Assembly (NCBI RefSeq): GCF_964355755.1
Contig: NC_092676.1
Location: 9,463,888-9,527,887 of the forward strand
Source: Antedon mediterranea
Taxonomy: Eukaryota; Animalia; Echinodermata
Length of the DNA: 64,000 nucleotides
Reading direction: 5' to 3'
This document shows, in pieces, positions 52,104 through 64,000 of the stretch. Each line of letters opens with the position of its first letter. Position 1 is the stretch's first letter. The notes under the pieces are model-generated. The model did no database searches. It was not told the origin of the DNA and saw nothing but the letters and a program-made list of their open reading frames with translations. A program made the position numbers and the translations under genes.

Positions 52104-54081
52104 TCACTTAAATTCAACCAAAATTCCCTTGGCTGGCAGCCAATTTGACCATTTTTTGCTTAAGTCACATTTTTTTTCAGGTAAATACATTCTTTTTTCG
52201 ATCCAATTTTTGGTCAAAGAGGATAACTATTATGTTACATTAAAATGGAATATTCAACAACTGTTTTACTACATTAGCGGTGGATTGTTCTACATTTGCG
52301 GTTGTTTCGACATTAGCTGCCGTTTTCTACATTACCGGTTGTAACACCTTCCATTAAAAATAATTCTTTGTATAATAGTCTTGGTGTTGCATTGTAAAAT
52401 AAAAATGAAGAGTTCTCACAAAATTATCAAACCTTAAAGAGTATGATCTTCTACAAAGGAAAATCAATCATTTGATGACTATTTCATATAGTCTTAATTT
52501 AATTTTACAATAGGAGCAAATTTGTTTAACCATGAATATTCATTATTATCATGGGCCTTAAATACAGTACAGTAGACTTGCCCCAAGTCTGTATTGTCTT
52601 TTTTATTTATTTGTTTTTATTGCGACCGCGATTTTTGTCTGGAGTATCCAAAATCAAGTAGTATACGTATGAAACGCCATATGTGCCAAAATATTTATCT
52701 TTTTTACTAATATTAAGACAAAACTCCGTCTGGAACCCAGACTAACAGTACAGTAGTTAGAAGTAGAAATTGACCCAGAATAAGAATAAGACCAAAAACA
52801 AATCAATCAATCTTAAACGTAAAGACCGATTCCTCACAATTTTTGACGTTTTGCATATTACTTATTTCTTAAATGAACATTTTATGGTAAATTAAAAAGA
52901 GAGAAACAATGCACTCGCGGTACCGGTGAATGTCCTCTCGTGGACGGTATTTAGGCCTAGGCTTAGTTTTGTTGGCCTAGCTGGTAAACAACATTAACGT
53001 ACGTACGAACATCGTAGGCCTAGTCTTACGTTGTCTAGTTGTTGCATTAATTGCCTTTCTGTTTTTTCCAGAATCCATTAATACACATTGGAGGTACCTG
53101 AAAAGTTACGATAACTTCCATTTATTTTGGTCTCATCGATCGAAAGTAGGTGAATCGATCACAGAAGAAAAACTAAAATATCAATCCGCGCGCAATGCAT
53201 GTTGAGATTTATAGCGGGCCCCTTAAATTATTAGAATCTACTTATTTTTCACATTTGTAACCGTTTAAAGACGAAAAAAGTTATAGAAATAGGACCATAT
53301 AGTATTTATTTTTTTCATTAAATGTAGTTTGTGACCTTAAATTAGATCTAAAAAATTGGACTTTAATGATAACTATTTTGTATTAATACTAAAACAAAAA
53401 TAGTTATGCTTAAGTAATAATTTTAAAAACCCCAATAGAACTATATCTTCTAACAAATGGGCTTCTAATTATATACTATTAAAGGGTAGGCTTCTTTAAA
53501 ACAAATATTTAAATAAACACTATTAACAATCTTAAAATTATTAAAGTTTAACTAAAATGATAATGTGAATTATAATATTGTTTTAATTATTTTACTGTAA
53601 CACGTTTGCCACGAGGAAAATACCCTGATTTTACTGTTGGTTTTAAACAATAGATTATTTATTCATATTTACTTTGGTATATTCCCTGTAAGTTCGATAC
53701 GTGTGAATAGGACTCGGCGGCTCAGACTCGTTTGGATGTTATTATCATCTCCAACAAAATACTACTAGATATGCATTTCATTTAAAGATTGTTGAGAGGC
53801 GAATTAAAGTGGCATGGTAAGAAGTATACAGAAATCATTTTCTGGCGATGAGGGTGGGGTTTCTACAAAATATATTAATTGAAAATGCTATTGGTATTGG
53901 CCTATTGGAGATGTTTTAGAAGAGAGCTATAAGAAGCGTTCTTTTACCAGATATAGTAATTTCACTCAAACTTCTTGGTATGTATACTATATCTAGTTAA
54001 AACTATCGACATTATTAATTTGTCTCCAGTACTATAATAGCTATCGACTTTTTTCTTCGGTACTAGTACAGGTTGTATTCT

Positions 54082-57000
54082 TCATTTATCAATCGTGTTA
54101 CCATAAACATGTTCCGAAAGAGGCGGTTCGGAGTTTGCGTAAACGTGTTCAGCAGAAGAAGTAGCAACAGTAGGCTTAATGCCTTCATATTCACTTTCTT
54201 CACATTTTTTTGACAATGTTTGGTAATCAGTATCTATTGTGCATACATTGGGTTGAGCAGTAGATTGAGTAGAGGATTTACCACCGTCCTTTTCTGAGTG
54301 TTTTCTTCTATATCTAGAATTAAAGTGTAGAATAGATGTTATATTTACCAATTAAACGTCTTTGTGGACAAATGCCAAACTTGCATAAAATAATGATCTA
54401 TTATTTTGCTGAAAATATAAGCATTCTTTTATTTTCTGATTGTGTTCTCTAACTCACGTACCGTCGTCGTGTTTGTTTACTTGTGTCACAGATGCCATCA
54501 TCATGTTATTAGCAAATTTGACTATATATTGCCACCATTTAATACTTTTGTTACAAAATTTTGATCGTCACTATAGATGTTATTATTTGTTCCTCTCTTT
54601 TTTTTAAATAAAGAAACTTTACATTACCGTTTAAATATCAAGGTGATAGCAACAGTGATTACTGCCGAAGTTAGTGAGCCTATTACAAAACCTATTACGT
54701 ATCCTGGAAATATAATAATTTTATATTTGTGTTATTATTTTCATTTTCTAAACGACGTAAGGTGTCTTGAAAAAAATATAAGCTCAATTGAATCTAAATC
54801 ACTGATGTTACACACCTTGTATCTGGTTTGAGTTGTCTTCTTGGTAATCACAATCTGTTCCAAACATAACTTTCTTGCTGCCAGGTGTCCCTTTAACATT
54901 TGAATATGACGCTAATACTGTGAATGTATATTCTTTGCCAAATGCAACTTCAGTTTCTGTTGTGTTTCCTTGCTGAAATATCCCATCACCTGACAGTTCA
55001 TAATGGTACGTCACCTGATAGTCTGGGATGTTACACGTAGAAGCTTTCCATTTCATCTGCAAATGTGTTCCATTTGTGAATGGAATACTTTCTATCGATG
55101 GTTCTGTAGTAGTGAACCACAGAATAAAGACAATATTTAAAATACCATACGTAGTGTCATATTAAATTTACATACAATTATCGTTTTATTGTGTTCGTCT
55201 TTTATTTTATTTTTATTTCCTTTGTTCTTTACATTTATATCATGTATAAACATTTTTAATGATATATTTCTATTCTATTTTTTGTTGTAACGATATGTTT
55301 TCTACTATTTTAACTCTTATTTATATTGTTGTATTTTTCTTGGTGTGTAATTGTTTTGAAACTTATTTTGACTAAATACATAAATGAATGGATGTCGAAT
55401 GAATACTGTATCTTAAGTTTTTGTTTACCTGATGGTGCTGTTTGTATCGTTATTTCTTGTCCCCAATCACCAGGTATCTCAAGATTATTAACAACTCGAG
55501 CGGTGGCAACATAAGCAGTACAACTTGATAATCCTGGTAGTTTAACTTTTAATTGAGAACTACTTGTTGTGTTGATTATACCTTGTATATTTCCACCCAT
55601 GTGCAAATATTGCACTTGATATCGAAGAATATAGTTACATTGGATTTGATCATCAGAAACAGACTAAAATAATATATAATAACATTTAAAGTAGAATAGC
55701 TAAAGTGCCATAATGATTAACAAAAAATTGCAATGTAAACCGCCATAAAAAAACATTTCTATGAAACATAGAAACGACTCTCCCAGTTTATTGCAATATA
55801 GATTAAAGCTAGACATTTTGAAATACCTTTAAACTCAAGATGGCCTGATTATCTTTAATGGTTTCCAACTCAATTTCAGGTTCATCCAATGGCTCTGTAT
55901 AAGATATTAGTAATAAACTTGATTAATTCTGAGAAAAGAGAAACAATAAAAGACAACAAAATATGAATTGCAATCCATAAGAAATAGTATTTTTCAGATT
56001 TATGTAGACAAATAAAATATTTTAATAAATATTTAGAAATGGTGATGGATAAGAACCTGTCTAACATATTCGATATAAGTTGTTTACGGTTAGAAATACC
56101 GCCTCACATTTGACAATTGTTTTCATGATATCGGTAGAATGTGTGACGTTGTATCAAACGAATCGGCTAAATTGGTATGCTACTTTCTGTAAAATCCTAA
56201 ATTTTCCTTTATCAAATAAATATTTTGCTTTAAAAAAACCTAATATATTAGTCTAATTGTTCAGTTGGTTTGCCAATTAATTTGAACAATGCTATTTATA
56301 TATTACTTGTACATATGGTTTTTGTTGATCCAATTGAACTTGCTGGTCCATCAACTTCATTATCACCAACCATCCTCGAAAATTGAGAATAAAATTGATA
56401 TTCTGTATTTGGGACGAGATTACGAATAACAATTAAACTATTATCTTGTTCTTCTGTTAAATCAATGTGCGATGATTTATACGAAAGCTTCCGTTTTGTA
56501 ATTGTTCCTGTTCCATAGTCTTCACCAACAGTCCAAGTGACGTCAAACGTTAGAGTGGTTGCTGTCTGGTTTACAACAGTTGGCGGTTCAGAGCGGTATG
56601 GTAATGCTAATGATTAACGAAAAGAAATCACCAGGCTTATTTAATAAATAGATTAACTAAAGGACATCATTAGGCCTTTAATAACAGTCTATAACCCCCT
56701 TTTTAGGCATTAATTGCTTAAAGTTTACAACGAATCTGTGTTTCATTACCTATGCTGCACTTCGGTCCAGCCCAAGCCTCATGACATCCATTAGGACAAC
56801 TTCCATCTCGATTACAATTTTCAGAATCTTTGCAATGGCATGGGAAGTTGCACAAAACACCAAAGAATCCAGACGAACATGACGTAGGCTCTTTTAAAAC
56901 AAAATAATTAATATGTCACCAATTCAAAGTAAATTAAGTTATTGTGTAAAGTAAAAGAAAAAATAAATAATTTAACATGATGCCCCGAAATTGACATATT

Positions 57001-60000
57001 TTGCAATTTACCAAATCGGCTCAGGGTTACTTTTTAAATATTGTTCATAATATGTCAGTAATGGAAAATATATTAGAGATATGTTCCCCCTGAAAATTAG
57101 CAGTTTTGATTGTTATTCTAGTTTAGGTAATACATTTATATTCTATATCTGAAGTATCAGACGATCAAATTCAAATTAACATACACGCAGAGATGGGTTT
57201 TTAATAGTCGTCATTGCAGTCATCGCTGGCGACGTCATCATTGCCCGACGACGTCATCATTGCAGTCATCGCTGACGTCATATCATCATCATATTTCATA
57301 GCCTACCTTGTTACGCGTTAATGCATACAGCGATGACGGAAAATAGTATATCAATAATTACCTAAACACTTGTCTCCAGTGTAACCAGGTGAACATTTTG
57401 ACCCGGAAGTACATCCTATTTCTAGATTGGGATCGCTTGTATCCCGTTTACAATCTTCATTGGCACAGTTACATTTTTGCCGACATTCCGCTCCATAGTA
57501 TAAATCCTCATCCGGGGTATTGGTGTTTGGGTATAAAACATCACATGCTTAAATCATAATAGTCATAATCATATCATGTTCACACTAATGATATAAGAGG
57601 CCTTATTCAACTGGAATCAATAAGATTAAATCAATAAAAAGCATATGTAAGACGTTTTTATTATTATATAGGCCTAATTTCTAAATATTAAAATATACTG
57701 TAATCGCCATATTATTATGATGCATATAATGGATCAAACATCTTGAACACTGCTATTATTTATGAATCCCATTATGAAATGATATGAGCCATGAGGTAGG
57801 CCTAATTTCTGTTATTCCTCCACACCTGAATTTCGTTCGTTGATTTCTAATGTTATAGCATGATTATCTAATATGATTTTCTCGAATATATCAACACAAC
57901 AACAAATAATAACAGGTTAAATTCGACACAGTAAATTCACAAGCAGTACTGTATAGGCCTAAATAATAATATAGATAATAGAGCAAAGAAACTTGGTCGA
58001 CGATCTCATTAAAACTACTGTTAAAACAATCGTTTTCAAAATGTTAAAAAAGCAATTAATATAGCTAAAAAAGTATAAATATAAGGCCTACTTATTAGAT
58101 GCCTTTATTGACTACAAACCTGTTCTACAATCATTTCCTCCAAAACCATTAATACATGTACATCCAAATGGATCGGTTGGACATAACAGAACTCCAATGC
58201 ACTTTCCATTACTACACGAACCGGTGCATTCACGACCCCAGCCATTATGACCACAACCTGGTATAATTATATCCAAAGACATATACAAAACAGAAATACA
58301 AAAAAAAATCATGTTTACTAATACTATGTCATACATTTACCGGTATAGCGGAACTTTAAAATGAGTAATAAAGGTTGGTTTTGCGTTCTCGTGGCTTAAG
58401 TTCGACATAATCACATGTAAACATTGAATTGAAACATTAATTAATAATAACATGCAACTAATATGATTTATTTTAGAGGAAAAGTAAATCAGAAAGTTTT
58501 CAGAACACGTTATTATTATGAAGTTTAAATAGTACATCAATATTGCAGTGAATTCTTAGAAAAATTACCAAAATGTATTATTTTTTTTAAAGATTTTACT
58601 GGAATCTGAATTTTTTTTCATCACACATTTAAGCCCCCGTTCTCCTGTAAAGTATGTTTTGTGGAGGCTTCAAACGAATAGCGACGACAACCTTTTTACA
58701 ATATGTATTTTATCATTAATTATGTTATTACCAGTTAGACAATTAGCGCCTTTAAATCCTGCTGGGCAAATACAGACACCCGACTTATCGTCACAAACTC
58801 CGCCATTATAACATACGGGACAGTCCATTTCACAATCTGGAAGATTCCATTTTGGTAATGGACAACCTATTGACAAAAACAAGTTGAAAACAGAGTAACT
58901 TCATTTCACCTATAAAAATGTTTCATAATCAAGATATTTACTTCAAAATAATTGTTCTGTGTATCATTATATATAATCCAAATATCACAGAATGATTGTC
59001 ATGTCGTGTATTATCATTGTTCAAGAAATTGGGCCCAGCTCTTAATAGATGAGGTGTATTACTTTGTAATATTAGACTTACCTCTAACAATAAGTCTCAT
59101 GATACCATGGTTACCATCAGGACTATCTCCTGTATAACATTCATATACGCCATCATCTTTCATTCGTATATTTTCAATCACAGCAGACGTACTACCCTTC
59201 AGATTGTGTATTTCCTCACCGTAATTATGTCTCCAACGTAAATCATTAAGATCACCACCTTTACTAAGATTAATAGTGACAGACTCTCCAATACCGACGG
59301 TTATCGTTCGATACTCCATTGCAATAATGGCTGTAATTATAATTGTATTGGTAAACTAATGATTATATATATAATATCATACTGGAAGAAGGTTAACGGG
59401 TGTTTCGTAGTGTAAGTTTCCTCAAAGTTGTCCCCGACGTAAATCGTTAAGATCACCACGTTTTCTGAGATAGTGGAAAACTCACCAATAGCCTACTACA
59501 AGTTATCGTTAAGTCATAGTAATAATAGCTAAAGTATTAGCAACCCAATTATATATGCAACAGGGTTATGATTTTCATAGTTAAGTTATAATCAATAAAT
59601 TATAAATAAAATCATAAAAAGATGACATACATGACATTACTCACCATAATTGGATGTCAATACAATTGCTGAATTTGTGACTACTTCGTCTCTATTTACT
59701 TCAAATAAAAATACACCAACTCTATCAATCTGGGCTTGTATTAAGTTACCAACACCTAGGTACATAAAAGTACTGATTACTCTGAATAAAATTCTGCTAC
59801 TTATGTGAAATATTTTGCCGTCTGGCATATTTGTTGTTTGTTCTCCACTCCCACCTGTATAGCCAGTATCAGCCCAGGTCACGTTATTTTTTCCAGTAAT
59901 ATTTTTGTATAATATTCCAACTGATAAATCTTGAACTGACAACTGAACGTTGTCGCCACGTGCATATCCTCGAAACCAACTAAAAGACGTCACCAGTGGT

Positions 60001-60031
60001 GTGCTAGAAATTGTTGTTATATCTAATGGAT
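54082..60031 (-). CDS. Tie/TEK-like ectodomain type I membrane receptor without kinase (Ig, 4 EGF, 3 FN3, TM, ITAM tail); 5' exon(s) not located. Exons 60031-59645, 59330-59082, 58866-58732, 58257-58120, 57547-57362, 56890-56750, 56606-56307, 55894-55827, 55663-55429, 55103-54816, 54703-54628, 54313-54082
   Basis: The 12 GT-AG exons have compatible phases and splice into one open frame. The Ig exon ends DDGVYEC...MRLIVR, followed by GCPLPKWNLPDC...CPVCYNGGVCDDKSGVCICPAGFKGANC and CPTDPFGCTC, resembling Tie EGF1/EGF2. FN3 repeats include NLVPNTEYQF and LPGLSSCTAY. TM is GYVIGFVIGSLTSAVITVAITLIF, then KRYRRK and a tail of about 78 aa ending at the stop at 54082. Confidence 0.88.
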
Positions 60032-61959
60032 CTAAACAAAATATAAACAAATACATTGTGTTTACAAGCCTGGTAAGTTACAAATGTTTATTTATTATTA
60101 AATATTTTTTGAATTAAAGTTTATTAAAAAGTGAAGGATTCTTTTGCAATCTGTAATTTAAATTAAATTTAATTTTAAAAAGCCGTTTTATGGAGATATA
60201 TTCTTTACAGTCATAAAGACAGTTTATTGCCTCATGGTATTATGTGTAAAGATTATATTCAACAAAATACTGCAGTATCTGGTATTGTGCTGTTTTCATG
60301 TACCTTGTTTCCAACTTACTATTTAGGAACCCACCTGTCTAATACAAAGTTAAATTATTTATATTAAAACAGGCATTGATGTTGAACAGTATGTCTAAAA
60401 CCAAACGAAAATAAATATCTAGTATATAATATGCTTTTGTTGATAAAGTGAAATGTTATCAAACTAATAATAATAAAAAAGTATCATATTAGAATAAAGT
60501 ATATTTATTAATGATGAAACTAATTACAACATTAAGAGCCATTGTCTGTAAGAATCAAAGAAATATCAAAAAGAGTGGCAGACTCAAAAAAATGGATTTC
60601 TTTCAAATTTTGCACATGGCTATATATGTGTTGAGAGAAATCAAATATGAAGTATTTTTTATTTCACACGTATATTTCCATGGCAACGGCCAAATTTATG
60701 TTTTTGACAAATTTTGTCCTTTTTTAAGGTTTTTTAAAACGGATATTGGCACTACTTTGATGAACGATATTTTTGTGTTGTTCATTTAATTATAAAAAAT
60801 AATTAGTGTATGCATAATAACAATGCATTGTGTACCTGTTTCAAAATTTTTTATTTTTTTTTTATTTTATACTTTGGGAGATACCATTTATTTAAAAAGG
60901 GGTGTTTTTCACTTTTTTTAAATTGTTCAATGCAACTAAACTTTACTTCACCATAACGCCCAAAGTGGTGTATTTTTTTAGCTGATTTATTACAAATAGG
61001 TAGTTCTAATGTTTAATAATTGATTTCTAAAATAAAATACTGGGGTAAATTTAAAATCTACAAGCAGTGTTGCGAGAAACATAGGCATTTTTATATAAAA
61101 AAAAAACATGGTATATTAGTAAAAACATTTTATTTTCTTTGATTATTTGATTTGAAACTCATTGGTCAGAAAAATTCTTAATGTTTTATATAGTTCTAGT
61201 TGTGTTGTGAGAAAAAAAATTAATTTTTAATTATAGATTCTGTAATTCCCAGTTTTAATGTCATTTTATAGGTTATATCCTCTGGAAATTTGAATAAATT
61301 ATCAGATCGTTGTGAATTTTAATCTTTGCAACAGATTACTCCTCTCTTATTTTGAAGCTCCTCTTTCATTTGTTTACTTCTTTTATTTGCTAACCTAAGC
61401 AGATCCCACATGCCCATCCACCACCACTTTCGACTACCACCCCTCCCCACCCCCACCCCGACTATAACCACAAAAAGATAAACTGCAACACTTTGGTCGA
61501 TCATCCACTATAGAGTGTCAAATGCATGCATTCAAGCACCACCCACACTGCCGCTACTATCGCCCCAATGAATAGACAGATTCAAACTCCTCCATCCCAC
61601 CACCTCCCCCTTTTCTCCAAGCCCCCACCCACCCCAAGTTAAAAATTGCAATGCAAAAGATAGGACATAAAGTTAAGTTTTTAGACCCTCGCCTTCAACC
61701 ACCTAACTATTTAAAAGTCCTGGATCCACCACTTTCCCCTCCCCAAAATAGAACCAATCAAAAGTCAATGATATACTCAGGTATTTTAATGCTACATAAC
61801 AAATATTGAAGCCCTGATTTGAAATTTCATTTCATTTAAGGTCAGCATGTAAAATATCACACTTTATTATTAAATATTGGTTTTAAATTCTATATTTTTT
61901 TTACTGTGATGGTTGGATTCAGAAATAATTATTAATTAATAATTATCTGATAATTGTTT

Positions 61960-63590
61960 AATTTCCCTTAGTTATGCATAGCAACAGTTACTATGGTAAC
62001 TAAAAATGAGATATTCTTTAGATTTTGCATATTTATCTCATACAAATTTAAATTTGTAGATTATTAGCAGGCATGCCTTATTTGCATTTTCAAATTACCG
62101 TTTCACAAGGTCATATTCGTAAGCACTTTCTTCTGTGATTATTTTTATTCATGAAAACCCCATATTTTATTTACAGCGGCCACCTCCCTTAACGGACGCA
62201 CTTTGAAAAGCCTGTTTGTTCTTCCTATCTAATTAGTGCATTTGGTGCTTACCGTAAGCAGCTGCGAGCACCTTTTTATACTAAAAATGAGATTTTTTGT
62301 AAGCGGCCAATCGAAAAATGTGATACTTATTGCATGGACCTATGAATTAGAGGTGCATGTTTATTGTATTTCTTTATTGATTAGCTTTATTTTGAAGAGG
62401 TTTTAAAAACATTACTGTGAAGAGATGAGAAAACTAGACAGATTTTGACCGACCATTTTTCATATGATAAAAGTTTTTAAAATTTGTCTGAAAATGCTAA
62501 AAAATACTAAACCACCTGATTATAAATAATAATATGCCTACAATTAGCTGGAAAATTGAGAGGCTCGTTTCGTTAAGAATATCGTATATAGCCATAATAA
62601 GTGATTTTGGCCCTTTATCGGCAGAACCTCCCGTAAGGGGTCACCGCCCGTAAGCGGCCACTTTTCCAGGTCCCGAGGGTGGCCACTTACGGGAGGTTCA
62701 ACTGTATTTAACAAAACAATTATCCTTAGTTACGCATAGAAACAGGTTCTAAGATAACATAAATAATACATTTTGACATAACTTGACCCAAAAAATGACC
62801 CTTTCACAAGGTCAGACATTTTCTGGGATTCAGTAGATAAGTAAATTTGGGAAAAGGTAGTAAAGCTATGTAATCAATTGTTTGTAGTCATGAAACCCCA
62901 TATTAAAAATATTGCACTTAGTTCCGTATAGAAACAGTTGCTACAATACACTATAGGTAAAATGTTGATGTCATTTGACCTCAATATGTAAATTTTTTTT
63001 TTTTCATGAAACTCCATATTTAATTTTTTTTTTAATATCATTTGTTACGTAAACAGGTTTAAGATAACACTAAAGGTCATTTTTTTTTACCTTTATTCAG
63101 ATTCGTCAAGACTTTCTTTCTGAGATTATTAGGATTCAGTATTTAAAGTAAATTTGGCAAAAGGTAGAAATGTAAAACTATGTTTATGAAAAACCCCTTA
63201 TTTTTTTTAAATTTTCGCATAGAAACAGTTACTATGGTAAAATGTTGACCTCAAAATGAATGAATTTACAAGGTCAAGTTTGTCATTAATGGAATGCAGT
63301 AGAAGTAAAATTGAGAAACATGTACAAATGCAATCAATTCTTTGTATTTATAAAAACGCAATTTTTTACGTTTTTTTTTTAAATTACTTTCCTTAGTTAC
63401 ACATAGAAATGGTTGCTAAGGTAACACTATAGGTAAAATATGAAAATTGTTGAGAATTGTTATGAACTATCTTGTAAATTTTGATCAAACATTAATAGTT
63501 GTAGTAAAGTGGGGACCTGTCCTGTTTTGCATTCTGACCCCTTTTGACCTCAAATGACCTATTTACAAGGTCAGATTTTTTGGGAGGTCT
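61960..63590. repeat. Degenerate dispersed/tandem repeat array (TAGTTACGCATAGAAACAG / TGACCTCAAAATGACC / CACAAGGTCA modules)
   Basis: The modules recur 6-7 times at about 61970, 62730, 62920, 63045, 63215 and 63395; probably the interior of a DNA transposon. Confidence 0.6.
62170..62704. mobile_element. Tc1/mariner-type MITE remnant (right end)
   Basis: AACCTCCCGTAAG...CTTACGGGAGGTTCAACTG|TA terminus, with GCGGCCAC subrepeats. Confidence 0.45.
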
Positions 63591-64000
63591 TTCTGTATCG
63601 CTTTACACAAAATAGATTTAAAAATTTATAAAAACCATTGACTCAATTATTTCCAAGTTTAACATTATTTTCCATCAACTAAATATTTCAATGCAAAATA
63701 CTGTTTTTCTGGCAATTAATTGAAATAAACCTGGCAACACATTCTCCTATTTTATCTAAACTATTCGTATGACTCTAGTAGCATTATGACAAGCCATATA
63801 TACATTTTATTATTGGATTAGCCATATTTAAATTGTGTTTCATGTGTTTTGTTTGTTGATATTTTGTTATATTTTTTGCATTTTTCGTATTTTCCTGGCA
63901 ACACAAAACCTATGTACGAAATTTACCCCAGTGTTTTTTCGTGATTATTGTTGACAAACCTATTGACTATCAAATTAAAAAACCTCATTGATTTAAAAAC

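Noticed and set aside
60532-62617. Kolobok-like element (TTAAGAGCC...GGCCCTTTA)
   Set aside because: The termini are too short and imperfect and the right TTAA is incomplete, so the boundaries cannot be supported without a repeat library.

Overview
This is AT-rich, intron-containing animal DNA, not prokaryotic. A marine deuterostome invertebrate such as an echinoderm is likely; that is an inference from a Deu-domain SINE, a Tie-like receptor and the transposon mix. (1) Bases 1-35650 are a tandem segmental array with a period of about 14,163 bp. It carries three copies of a 7-exon tetraspanin on the + strand (copy 1 lacks exons 1-2 in this window). Two copies each of a truncated CUB-domain exon, a frameshifted archaemetzincin pseudogene (- strand), a long hairpin element and an Academ-type transposon remnant lie between them. 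The two units spanning about 4600-32968 are almost identical, and the middle tetraspanin copy is a chimera of the outer two. (2) Bases 40255-45105 hold a divergent tetraspanin paralogue with the same exon structure. (3) Bases 47600-52100 contain Helitron-like elements, including a head-to-tail dimer. (4) Bases 54082-60031 (- strand) encode a Tie-like ectodomain (Ig, 4 EGF, 3 FN3) and a transmembrane helix with no kinase; the short tail carries a canonical ITAM and two YxN motifs. Many MITEs and SINEs are interspersed. Most ORFs in the supplied track are exon read-throughs or spurious. All exon calls were spliced and translated by hand and no database searches were run.
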